Shown: positions 51,741 through 63,259 of the stretch, in pieces
How the letters are laid out: each line of letters opens with the position of its first letter
Position numbering within the stretch: the stretch's first letter is position 1
Origin: Guillardia theta CCMP2712
Taxonomy: Eukaryota; Protista; Cryptophyta
Assembly (NCBI RefSeq): GCF_000315625.1
Contig: NW_005434662.1
Location: forward strand, 87,132-151,131
DNA length: 64,000 nucleotides
Direction of reading: 5' to 3'
The notes under the pieces: generated by a model
Database searches by the model: none
Told to the model about the DNA's origin: nothing
Seen by the model: the letters and a program-made list of their open reading frames with translations, nothing else
Position numbers and translations under genes: made by a program

Positions 51741-54700
51741 ATGTCGAGTTTGTTCCAAGACTTTGCCAAGAAGGGTGAGGACTTTGACATGAACACAACT
51801 TCCTCACTTGTTCTCTACCAGCTACCATCTCTGCCAGCGCATGGAAAGACTCGCTGAAGCCCAACTTGAGCTCCTTGAAGCCCAACCTGGTGGCCTTCAA
51901 GGAGAAGGTGGGACACCATGGTGGTCGGCATGCAAACTAACGCAGCTCGCCTCAGTTCGGGGAGTTTGTTGCTGATGTACAAGAAGAATTAGGACGGGGC
52001 GATGACTTACGATACGAGTGGAACCGTCTGCAGGTGACCCCTTGCCGTCTTTCTTCTTCTCCTACTGCTCCATTCCCACGTCCTCCTCCCCTCCTCCTGC
52101 TGCTCCATCGCCGCGTCCTTCTTCTCGTGCCCTCCAGCTTGCTGTCTACTTTTGGGTTCCGCCTATACTTTCTCCTCTTTCCATCCTGCCACGCCTTCTT
52201 ATCCCTGTCGACCTGTCACTGCCTTTCCATCCCCTTCCTCACAGCATCTGTCCCTTCCTCCTCCTACTTGCCTCACAAACTGCCAGACGTTCGTCGATTG
52301 GCCCCTAGACAAGCCGAGGCCGGCAGAGCTTGCGAAGGTGGGATAGGAAGACGAAGAGGATAGAGGGAAAAGGGGGAAGGGAGGGAGGAAGGGGAGAGGG
52401 GAGTTGGTTAAAGTTAGAGGGAGCAACTGAAGGCAAGGTGGTGCAGGCAGGATTTTTCTTCGTTCCTGCAGCAGACGCTCCTGATCGCTGCGCACACTTC
52501 TGCGCGGACAAGGTGGGAGAGGAAGGGAGAGGCGGCAGCCATTGACCTGCTGCTAGTTCTTCGCCTCCTGGGAGCCCGAAGATGATCCCTGGGAGGTAAG
52601 AGCGTCCGACTCGTCTGCTCCCTGTGAATCGGTTGCTGCTCAGGTCCTCTGCGCAAACTGCCCGGACTGTCCCTTCATTCATGGAGCGAGGTAATAGACG
52701 GGAGGGAAGGGTATCTGAGGGAGAAGGAGAGGGAAAGAGATGGACATCTGGGGAAAGAGGAGCACAAGGGAAGGGGAGGAGGTTGATGCCGGCATGATAA
52801 GAGGTTGTGTCAGTGGCAACGTGCCCCTCCCCTCTGCGTACTCGAACTCAACGCAAGAAGGAGAGGAACCGCACAAGCGCAACGCCGTCGCGGAGTTGAC
52901 AAGTTACCTATCGATGGCACTGGAGGTAAGGGGCTGTGCGTGAGGGAAGCAGTATGTCTCTTGCAGTCCTTGCTGCCCTTTTCCCCTCTCCTCCCCTCCT
53001 CCCTCCTCCTCCTCATCGGGTCCATGCAGTGATCCTTTCGTCTCATCCTCGCGCTCCTCTACTTGCTTGTTGCCTGCGATTGTGTGATGCTGATCAGTGC
53101 GAGTAGAGGGCTGCCAAAGTTCAGACGAGCAAGGGAGAAGACACTGCTGAGGAGGAGGAGGAGGAGGAGCGAAGAGACCGCGCAGCTGTACGTCAGGTAA
53201 GGACGGCACTCCCTCTCAAGCTTCCTCACACGTGCTGGAAGTCGCCGAGGAGCAACCAGGCAGAGGAGACGCAGGGGATGGAGGCAGGTAGCCTTCAAGT
53301 GAAGAGCAAGGTGAGGGAGGGAGGAGGCGGAAGGAGGGGGGGGAGGGGAGGTAAGGCTGAGAAGGAGGTTGCAGGTGAAGCGCAAGACGAAGAAGTCGGG
53401 GAAAGCAAAGAGCTCTGATGCCGCTGAAGAGTTCCCGTCTGCCGTGCTGGGGACAGGAGAGGAGAGCGAAGGCGACACAACTCCCAGGACGATCCTGTCG
53501 AAGGAGGTGAAGTCTGAGAGCTTTTGCTGAGTCGTTCTGGACTCAATCATCCTTCTGCACACTATCAACTCGATCGTCTCCGCACCGTCTTCCTCGTTCT
53601 CCTCCACTGTCTCCTCCTTGCTCTTCGCTTTCAGCTTGTAGATATCCTGATGGTCTCTGGCAGGAATGGAATCATTTCAACATTCTCCTCTCCAACGCCG
53701 TCAAGTCGATGCAGTCTCGATGGAACTCACAGATGACAACAGCAGACAACAAGCTTGACAACCTTAAAATCAAAGTCTCTGCCCCTTCTCTCTTTTCCCT
53801 TGCTCCACCTTCCCGCTTGCCGCTCCTTCTCTTCTGTCCCCTCTCATTCTCCTTGTTTTCAATTGCCCGGTTCTTCATTCATTCTAATGTGTTCCCCTCT
53901 TCCACCCTCCAGTCACTTGACAGTCCTACAATCTTTGATACTTGAATTCGCTCCTCTGTCTTCTCCACGTCTCCCTTTGCTCGTCCCTTGACTTTGACGC
54001 TGCAGGTCCAATCGCTACAGAATCGCACAAGACTTGTTGCACGAGGCGACTGGCTGGAACCCAAGAGGAAGGAGGTTCTACTTCTCTGACCAGTGCTCCC
54101 TCCCCTCCTCCCTCCTGCCCTTCTCCCTCCTCCTTTCCTCTCCCTTCTGCATGTTTCCAGGCCTTATGTTGGATGCTGCAGGTCGAGGCGATTGATCGTG
54201 AGTGTGAGGAGAAGCGCAAAGTCTCTTCATCATTGCAGGAGGAGATCGAAGGGCTGCAGCGACAGGCATGCGAAGTCTACTCCTCCCTCCCTCCCTCCCT
54301 CCTCCTCCTCCTGCTCTCTTGCCTCCCCCCCTCCCCCACATCTCTCCTCCCCCCCTCCCTTCAGTGATGCTCTCGCAGGCGGAAGAGAATCGTAGGGAGC
54401 TCGAGCTTCTGAAGAACCAAGAGGCTCTCAAGGACGAATGGGACCGAAAGGTGATTGATCTCTCTCCGTCTCTCACCTCCTACCCTGCCTCCTCTCTTGC
54501 TTCCTTGCCCTTTCTTTCTTTGATTGCCTCCTCCTCTCGTCTTCCTGATTTACTTGAACACAGGTCCGAGAGGCTGTCGAGGAGGTGGAAGAGCTTCAGG
54601 ACACCAAGGTTTCCCTTCTCCCTCCCTCGTCCTTCCCTCTTCCCGCTTGTTCATCAGCCAGCAGAGTCGATTGGAAGGAGAGATCTCCGAGCTCGAGGAT

Positions 54701-56218
54701 CACAAGCAGGAGATGGTCGACCAGGTGCTGCTAACGCACAACAAGTCCCGCTACCTCCTGATCCCTATCCTCTTCTACCTCTTTCCTTTATCTTGAAATA
54801 TTCATATCTCGTACGTGCCACTACCACCACCTCCTCTTCCTCCTCGACCTCTCCTTTCTCTCCCTCTTCCTTCCCTTCCCCCCCCCCCTATCCTTTTCCA
54901 CTCACTCCTCCCACGCCTCTGCTCTCTCGATGTCTTTCGCCTGAATGCCCTCATGATCGTCACTGCAGGCTGAGTCGGACAAGGAGAGGATCCGCCAGGT
55001 AGCCTTCAGCTGAGCTGAGAAATATGTGACCTAGCGCAGGACATCACCAGCCTGAAAGCCTCGAAGAAGGAGGTTGAGGTAGGCAATGCGCACAGGAGAT
55101 TAGCAGAAGGCAGAGGAGGAAGGACAAGAGGGGGAAGGATGAGGAGGAAGAAGAGGAGGGGAGGAAGAGGAGGAGAACCGGGGATGGGGGGGGCGGGGGG
55201 GCCGATGACGCGAGGAGGGCGAGTGACCTGGCGACAGAATCAGATGGTGGAGTTGGAGGAATCGATCCAGAGGAGGACCAAGGTGAGTCCGCCTCATCGT
55301 TTAGGCCGGAGGTGAACAGCTGGGCAGGAGCTGGAGATGTACGAGCAGAAGCTGCAGGACATCGGGAGGAGAGAGGTAACCCCTCCAGCTCGAGGCGTCG
55401 AGACGCTGAGAGACTGGCAGCAATCCGCGATATCCAAACAGACTGAGCTGGAGGAGAGGGAGAAGAGCGTGATGGCCAAGGAAGCAGACCTGCAGGCGAG
55501 GAGACTTCCACCTCCTCTACCTCCACTACCTTCTCTACCTCCTCCTCTTCCTCCTCTACCTTCTCTACCTCCTCCTCTTCCTCCTCACCTTCTCTACCTC
55601 CTCCTCTTCCTCCTCTACCTCATCATCATCCTTTCTTCTCCTTACGAACTCATGCAGAGCCGAGAGCAGTGGGTGTTACAGAAGGAAGGTGAACAGCGAG
55701 CGGCCAAAGGCAAGAAATGAAGCAGATGATGAAGAAACAGAGATGGAGGAGGAGAGAGGGGAGAAGAGGAAAGGAGAAAAGAAACTACTTGCAAGCAGAA
55801 TGGCACAAGAAAGGCGGTGTGCATTGTTAACCTTCCTATCTTGATTCATTTATCATTATTAAAGAGGAAACTTTTTCCAGCACAAGCAAAACTCGAAGCT
55901 GAAAGGAGAAGTTGGTACATGTCAGGCGATGTATGCCTTGACAGCGAGGATGAAGTTGGTGAAGGTGAATCGTCCGTTCTGAGGCAGGTCAACTCGGCAT
56001 CTGGCAACTTATCTTTCTCACCTCATCCGCAAATTTCTTGCTCAGTTGCTGCACCTGGTCAACTACTCAGACACGGGAACTTGGTCTCAGACTCTTACTC
56101 GGCTGCTGTCGATCTTCTTCACGCTGTCTATCTGAGCAAGAGCAAGATCGAGCGGGAACTCCTGAACCATAATGATACGAGTCGAAGTCAAGAAAGGAGA
56201 CCTGCTTGTAGTCGTTGA
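51741..56218 (+). CDS. BIR (IAP/survivin-type) domain plus long coiled-coil protein, many exons
   Basis: Spliced: LRYEWNRLQ|TFVDWPLDKPRPAELAK|AGFFFVPAADAPDRCAHFCADK|FFASWEPEDDPWE|VLCANCPDCPFIHG...GNVPL, matching the BIR consensus E..RL.TF..WP....LA.AGF..D..WE..DDPW..P.C.F. Downstream exons are E/K/Q-rich heptads. 3' end approximate. Confidence 0.8.
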
Positions 56219-56399
56219 CTATCTTGGTGTAAAGCGACCTTGTTCGCCGTGAGAGGTGCTGTGCTGAAAAAAAACGCACCTCAGATCATCTTGATCTTCT
56301 GCATCGTAGGAGAGCTGTAGATGTCGTCATTCAACAACAACAGCAATGGATAGTTCTCAACCTTGATAACTGTCGGAGCTTTCTGTGACTCAAAATAAA

Positions 56400-57720
56400 C
56401 AAATCAATGTCATAACACGCGAGTCAATACAGGCGTGTCTCACATTTTCGTTTGACTTGGTGGTTCCTTCCATCTTTTTCTTCTTGTCTGCCACAGCGAG
56501 ATCCGCCTTGTCCCCGCATCAACAACGCCAGAAGAAGATTGGAACTCAACTCACAACAGCTGTTGTCAGCATCAGCCCAGCTGCACTTGCAAGCGCGACG
56601 TCGGTGAGATCCGCTGCATTCACATTCAGCGACATTGGACAAGCCAAGAAAACAAGATGCGAGCTAAGGGACAAGCAGCAGCATGGTGGGTCACCTGCAG
56701 CTGCAACTGCTCCCACAGCAAGGATGCCCGGCATGATTTTCCTCCCCTTCGTCAGCTGTCACCGGGTTGATTTTAAGAGAGCATTCCCTCTTACTTGCTC
56801 TACGATGGACTTTCCCTCTTCCATCACAGTTGTGGCGACTGATCGTGAAGCTTTGGTACAACTTCAGGATTAAGTGGACTACTTCGATGGGATACCTTGA
56901 TATGTTCTGTTGGCAACGATTTTTGCAAAGTCGAAACCCAGCTCAATCATTTCCTGCCTCGCACATGAACATGATGGTCTATGGAGCAGGATCGCCAAAC
57001 AACCTGTGCTGGGTCCTTTTTGTCCACTGTCATAGGTTCCATGACGGCAATCGTGGAGTTCTGACCTTTGAAGTTGCTCAACCAGCGATTGCTTCTCTCT
57101 AACCAACATGCAGAAGCCCGATCAGAATGTTGGAAGATCGACCGATTCTCACCATGCAGGCTGTCATACGCCTTTTTGCCTAGCAGCCGAGCATTTTCGT
57201 AGTGGGTTGTAAACGTTGCCAGCATTGTGCTGAGAAAGATTGTGATGGAATGCTTGATAAAAACCACGAAGCTTTCGATGGATGTAGTCAAAAATTTCAG
57301 GTTGATAGATACTCGTTCTGGATTTATCTGTAGGGTCAGGAAAACGCGTAAACCGTTTGAGAGTGGGACCGGAAGGAGAGACCTGGTCACTGACAATCTT
57401 TGCAAGCGAGATGTTTGAAACAAGAGCTCTGGTTTTGCCTCTGAGATTCTCTACTACCCTGCGAAAGTCTTTCTTGAAGGACACGCTCGCCGAGCTCGAC
57501 GCCTCTCTCTCCCTGATCCTCGTCATGACGTCATCCATGACATCCGGGAAATCTTCATCTGCGCATTCTCAGCTGTGAAGCAGCAGCTCTGGTCAGGAGG
57601 TTCGACCTTGCACGTATGAGTTTCTCGTGGCTTCAAGACTCCTGAAAGTTGATCTCGATGGCCTCCAGCATGTCGCTCTTCCCGCCGGCGATCGTCCAAC
57701 ATGATGAAACAGACGCATGC
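56400..57720 (-). CDS. Hypothetical multi-exon protein with a C-terminal hydrophobic region
   Basis: Long minus-strand exon ORFs (57164-57538, 56947-57423) with GT/AG boundaries; C-terminal ILAVGAVAAA and VALASAAGLMLTTAV. Confidence 0.4.
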
Positions 57721-58254
57721 CGGGAGAGGTGAAACTGCAAAGAGAGCTTCAGATGGATGAGGAACAGCAAAGACTGACTCGAAGATGATTCTAATGTGAC
57801 AAGTTTATCTAACAGTGTATCTCCTTCAGCGCATCACATGCAAACGGCTAGGAAACACTTTCATGTGACGTGTGCAAAGTTTTGTTGTACTCTTGTTCCA
57901 TCACACGAAATATCAAGGGTCAAGTGCGATCTAATGAGATGAAAATAAAAAATCCAGTGTTCGACCAAGATGGCAGGAATGATTTGCATGAGGGTGGAAG
58001 GCGAGCAGGAATCAGCAATTCTGAGAATCGGTGGGAGCATACCACGAGCATCTTGTGAAGAGGCTTGTCATGGCTACCGCCATCATCATCGTCATCGTCG
58101 CCATTGCACTCTTGCTCTCCTTCATCTTCATCGCATCGTCGCAATTCGCCCCTTCAACTCCGAACACTGTCGGACGGTCACCACACCCTACTAGTACGCT
58201 ACTCTTCACCCCTGTTCCTCACCCTTCTAGTACCCCTCCCGACGAAACTCCCGC

Positions 58255-58790
58255 GCTGGGGCCCTACAAACATGATGGGCCGCCGGCATCGGAAGCCTCC
58301 GAATGCCTCAGTGTGACTCCGGCGACCGTACTCGGAGTCACTGAGTCACAACTTAGTTCCGGCGCCCGGCCGGGCCCTGACTCGGCCCCGGAGGCCGCGC
58401 GAAGTTCCGAGTCACCGGGAGTCCCGGAGTGACTGTCACTGAGCCTACCGGCGTACCGTCGCTTCCGAAGTTCCGGAGAGGGGGCTTTCCTAGCCGTCTT
58501 GCTGATAGTAAGGTCCTCTCATGTCAGGATGCTTGGGTTTCACTGACACGGTCAACATCAAGTCACTGAGCATACGCCACTGAGTCTGAGAGTCTATCTC
58601 TCATCATGTGTGCTCCTCGTATCTGCGTGACTTTGGCACAGCCTGCAGTACAAGTCTAACAAACTTGTGCTCCGAGGCTCCGTCAGGCGACCACTCCTGC
58701 AGTGCCGCATTCACTCGCGGCGGCCAGGCCCGCCGCCCCGACGGGCCCGGGCCCGGCGGCCCACACTGCACTTGAACTGTTCGAGTGGTG
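58255..58790. repeat. GC-rich palindrome-word island 5
   Basis: CCGG, GAGTCA/GTCACTGAG and GAAGTTCC words; TGAGTCA at 58342. Confidence 0.6.
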
Positions 58791-58796
58791 GTGACT

Positions 58797-59180
58797 GAGG
58801 GCCGTTTCCCGCCGGCTCCCAGATTCCAGATTTTTGACTTTATTCAAAATGATTTGAAATTTACCCCGAAATATTCACCGGTGCTTTCAATACATACTGA
58901 CAGGGGGTGGGTCCACTGCCTGTTCATATTTCATGCTCCCAGCGTACCCTGCCTACCTTCTAACAATTTTTCTCGATTGAGCTAATAGTATATTTCCATA
59001 TAGTGCCTGCCCATTCGAAAAGCAAAATCTGGGAAAGTCAACCGCATCGTTTCATTCTCAAATTAAAATGACTTATAGTTGAGTTCTCCAAAACATTTGG
59101 AGGAAAAAAAAGAAATTGACTTATATTTGTATGAAAAAATCTGGAATCTGGAATCTGGGAGCCGGCGGGAAACGGGCCTG
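58797..59180. mobile_element. MITE-like non-autonomous DNA transposon (~384 bp)
   Basis: Left end gagggccgtttcccgccggctcccagattccagattttt; right end is the near reverse complement aaaaaatctggaatctggaatctgggagccggcgggaaacgggcctg. AT-rich non-coding interior; flanked by act...act (candidate TSD). Confidence 0.8.
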
Positions 59181-59374
59181 ACTCTTGACGGTTGCCGCAG
59201 TTCTGACTCCTTGTTTTAAAGACATCGTGTTTTAAAATAGGTACGGAGGCTGACTTACAAAGTTTTAGAAATGCATATTCGGGACAAAGTTCAGTTTAAA
59301 AACAAATTTTGTTAGTGATCTGTACGGGACTAACTTTCTGCTATAAATTGTTGTATCTCAACTTTTAGTTGACA

Positions 59375-60170
59375 GACCAGGGGTATATGGCCTCCGTGAT
59401 CAGCTCACAGGGGATCGGAGAACGAGGAGGGACGGGTGGTTGATAGTCTTGATGAAATTGAAAGGGTGGGGTGGGTCCGGGACTTGAAGGGATGTGAGTT
59501 TGATGCTGCCTCAAATCGCTGACGCAAGGGTGGGTAAAGGATACAGTGCTGATTGACGGAATGGAGGCCATATTCAAATATCAATATTTGAAATTTTAAA
59601 GTTTAGAAGAAAAAGTATGTGGAGCCTCAAATTCTAATTCTGAGAGCCTCATATTGAAGAAGGCAGTGGAAGTTTTTTGGTTACATATCCTAAGGGTGGT
59701 GGGGGGAGCCACGGGTCCTTCTGTGTTTTTCAGGGGGTACTGAGTCATATTCAACACTGATTCTGTCCCAAGGGGTGGTCATTTGCGGTAGTATCATTTG
59801 CTGTTGACGTGGGTAGGGTGTTGCTGTGGTAGGGTAGTAATTTGGTCATCAGGCGATGGAGGGGTGTTTAGATAAGAAATTTAGCTCAAAGTAGAACCGG
59901 TACCATCATTTTGTGGGGGTAGGGGTGAAATTACTGAAGGAAGGGCTGAATTATGGAGGGGAGGTGGGAGGGTGGGTGGGTAAAACGTACTGCTATGCAG
60001 CGTTGATAGAACACATTTGTATCGAGAGGTGGAGAATGTGAGAGTGAAGAGGAGGAGCGGAGAGAAGAGGAATGTAAAGAAGAGAAGAAAAGATGTGTAC
60101 ACGACAAGACGAGCAGATTACGAGGGGAAGAGGATTAAAAGGGAAGGGAAGGGAAGAGGAAAAGGAAGGG
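59375..60170 (+). repeat. GGGT-rich tract (59375-59985) followed by a GA-rich tract (60020-60170)
   Basis: Same pattern as the other intergenic tracts; upstream of the kinase-ART gene. Confidence 0.6.
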
Positions 60171-60534
60171 ATATTATGCATGCCAAGTTTTGGTGTTTTG
60201 AGGTGAACCCATGTGAATCTTTTTCCCGATTCATTTGTTGATCAGCCAATATACAAACTTCTACACATATGAACTGCAAAAATCTTGATGAGAGAGGTGG
60301 CTCTGTGGAGAAAGCGCTTGCTAAGCGCGAGTGTATCCAATGGTGACCCCTGCTTGCGTTCGGAGGTTACCAAGGGAACGGTGGAGATGTAGGCTAAGAT
60401 GTGACCGAATCAAATCACTAGATGCATTAGAAAGTCTTTATTGAAATTTTGAGGAGGGATAGCTGAGTGTTTCTTGTGGTCTTTGATATCTGCCTGAATG
60501 TTTTCTTCAGGTGATTTAAAATGAGATTTGACTG

Positions 60535-62136
60535 ATGGAGGACATACCAAAAGAGGTAGGCTATACTTGGGCGCCCTTTACCATCAAGGATTGGGTAGAG
60601 AAGTATGGAGGATATGATGACGACGACGAGTGCATCAGATCCCAACTGGGCAGAGGAACATTTGCAATCACATGTCGCATGAAAAACACTGAGGGTGAGC
60701 TGGTAGCAGCCAAAATCATCAACAGGAGAGATGTGAAGAATCAGGGGATGAGCGAAGACCAGCTGGAGAGGGAAGTCCGAGTATTCAAACGTCTCTCGCA
60801 CAAGCATGTTGTAAAGTACATCGATTGTTTGAGGACCAGGAAATATTTCGTCCTCGTTATGGAGTTGGCCTCCGGTGGTTCACTGGACAACGTGGTGAAG
60901 CAGAGGCCCGTGGTGGCAGTTGATCGCGTCATCCAACTTGCGCATCAAATAGCGTCAGCTGTAGAGTACATTCACGGTGAAGGGGTTGTCCATCGCGATC
61001 TGAAGCCTAGCAACATCCTGCTAACTGACAAGGGGGTCAGCAAACTTGCAGATTTTGGCATGGCTACAATGTTGCAGTCAACTGCTGCATCAGCTCTGAT
61101 GAGTAAGGGTGGAACTCCTGCCTATCTCTCACCTGAGCGAGCCAAGGGGCAGGAGTATGGTCGTCCGGCTGACATGTGGGCGGTGGGGTGTATTTTGTTG
61201 AACTTGATTCATGGAGAGCTTAACATTGGGCCCTTGTGGGACGACAGTGAAGAAGTTGTAATCAAGAGACAGAGTTTGATCGAACAGGCTAAGGAGCGAT
61301 CCAAAGAGATTGCTGACGTTGTCCAGAAATTGTTGGTGTCGGATCCCGTGGAGCGAATGTCAGCAGTCGATGTGAAGATGGGTTTGCATTCGGTACTTCG
61401 AAGAAACAGCTCTATCATCCATTACGATTGTCCCAACATGCAGTTCTGCCGACAATTTTTAGATTCCCTGGGCCCTCCTTCAGTCAGTCCGTCATACCTG
61501 GATCCGATACATGATCGCTGTTACTGCCCCAACTGCACGCAAAAGAGCAACGTGCACGAAAACCTCAAGGTGGACGTGCAAGGAGGTCACAGGTACGAGG
61601 TACCACTGGGATGGTGCGGATTTGGCCTCAAGCTTTCTCCTCGAGCAGAAGCGCTGGGCATTTTTGGATGGCCTGTGAGCTTTCACGGATGTCCTTCCAC
61701 TGTGATCACGTCAATCTTGAATGAAGGAAGTTTGCTGATGCCGGGAGACACGCTGTTGGATGGGACCAAACTTCAGAATCGCTGCACCATGGGGGGAGAG
61801 CAACAGATTCAGCTCTACACTAGCCCATCGATTTTGTATTCAGAGCTCGACATTTACTCTTCTCCTTGTGAGTATGCAGGATCTACTGTTCGAGTCGTGC
61901 TGCAATGTAGACAACAGCCCGGATTCAGCGTAAGGGGGGAGACCATAGGATGGGAGAGGAGGTTCGGACCTGTTGCAATCTCCCCTTATTTCGAGAACGC
62001 CGAAATTGAGCGCTACACCCGGTCGAGGGCGAGCATCTTTCCTTACCGCATTCTCATCAAAGTCAACTCAGTCACTAGAGAGCACGAGGAAGAGAGGAGG
62101 AAACAGGTTCATGCGCATTTAGCGGCGTTGTTTTGA
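60535..62136 (+). CDS. Ser/Thr protein kinase fused to a NEURL4-type ADP-ribosyltransferase (PARP-like) domain, intronless
   Basis: Kinase: LGRGTFA, VAAKII, HKHVVKY, HRDLKPSNILL, DFG, GTPAYLSPE, DMWAVG. C-terminal domain: CYCPNC..RYEVPLGWCGFGL..WPVSFHG..SIL..G.L..LYTSPSILYS..VVLQCRQQPG..ISPYFENAEIERYT..PYRILIKV, colinear with the NEURL4 C-terminal ART domain. Confidence 0.88.
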   Translation: MEDIPKEVGYTWAPFTIKDWVEKYGGYDDDDECIRSQLGRGTFAITCRMKNTEGELVAAKIINRRDVKNQGMSEDQLEREVRVFKRLSHKHVVKYIDCLRTRKYFVLVMELASGGSLDNVVKQRPVVAVDRVIQLAHQIASAVEYIHGEGVVHRDLKPSNILLTDKGVSKLADFGMATMLQSTAASALMSKGGTPAYLSPERAKGQEYGRPADMWAVGCILLNLIHGELNIGPLWDDSEEVVIKRQSLIEQAKERSKEIADVVQKLLVSDPVERMSAVDVKMGLHSVLRRNSSIIHYDCPNMQFCRQFLDSLGPPSVSPSYLDPIHDRCYCPNCTQKSNVHENLKVDVQGGHRYEVPLGWCGFGLKLSPRAEALGIFGWPVSFHGCPSTVITSILNEGSLLMPGDTLLDGTKLQNRCTMGGEQQIQLYTSPSILYSELDIYSSPCEYAGSTVRVVLQCRQQPGFSVRGETIGWERRFGPVAISPYFENAEIERYTRSRASIFPYRILIKVNSVTREHEEERRKQVHAHLAALF

Positions 62137-62322
62137 ACTGATGGGAGCTTGTTCAGGGAGGAGCATCCTCTAAATCTTTTAATGCTAGTCAGGAGGATGT
62201 GAGTCGCCTCAATTCAAGTTCGCGTCAAGGTGATGATCCTTTATCGCAGCTTGGGAATGGAGATAATAACGGAGCAGTACGTTGCTGATGCCTTACGGCC
62301 GCCCGCTAATTCTTCATTGCAG

Positions 62323-63170
62323 ATGTCTGCTCCAGTTAACACAGAGTTTGAGCCTGTAAGTCCTCCCTACCTCGCCCTCTCTCCCTCTGCTCTGTCTTTC
62401 TCTGCATGCCTCCCCACTGTGTTCCTCCTTTTGTTGCTTTCCCTCGTCTTACCTCTACATTCTCAAGTCGGAAATCGCTGAATGCAAGAAGCTTCCACAA
62501 AGCGACGTGAGTCATCGATGCCCGAGAGTTGAAAGCTGTTTGACCCTTGTCTGCCAGCGCGATCACGCTCTGTACGCTGCAGCAATGGAGGGTAACGACA
62601 GGAAGGCGCGTCTGCTCATAGCGGCAAAGGCGAGCGTCCATGGCTACAAGGACGAGGTGACGTCATTCTCAGTGGTCGATTCACTTCCTCTTACCCCGTC
62701 TGCAGTACGGGGACTCGTGCCTGAGCGAAGCTGCTCGCGAGGGTCACGTGACGGTTGTGCGTGTCCTCGTTGACGGCGGAGCAGACCTGCATGCGAGGAG
62801 CTACGTGAGTGTTAGGAGTGAGGCATGCGGAGGGGAGGAGGGGCTGACATCGGCGCAGTACGGCAACACCTGTCTGATGTGGGCAGCACGCAATGGGCAC
62901 TTGAGAGTCGTTGAGTTCCTGGTGGCTGCGAAGGCGGACGTAGAAGCGAAGAATGATGTGAGTAGATTGCCTTGTTGATGATGTTTGTTGGTTGTGTGAG
63001 AAGATAGAACAAGATGCTTCTCTGCTAGCTCGTGGATTCTTCTTGTGACGTGTGAATGTCAGAACGGCAAGACAGCGCTTGCTTTCGCTATCAAAGGCAA
63101 GCACTCTAAGGTGGTCGAGTACTTGAAGGGTCAGGGAGTCAGCGAAGGATGTGCCTGCTGCATTCTATGA
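62323..63170 (+). CDS. Small ankyrin-repeat protein with C-terminal CaaX (CACCIL), 5 exons
   Basis: Exons 62323-62355, 62558-62656, 62706-62804, 62859-62957 and 63063-63170 encode ALYAAAMEGN, GDSCLSEAAREGH, GNTCLMWAARNGH and GKTALAFAIKGKH; ends GCACCIL*. Confidence 0.9.
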
Positions 63171-63259
63171 GGGGAGAAGCGACGAAGACCGAGGAGACAA
63201 GAAACAGAAATAATGATGCCGATAACGATGATGATCACGACGACACGAGCTTGAATGCG

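Noticed and set aside
58031-58432. 133-aa ORF with a TM-like N-terminus
   Set aside because: The hydrophobic stretch derives from (ATC/GTC)n slippage and the tail runs into GC island 5; insufficient support.
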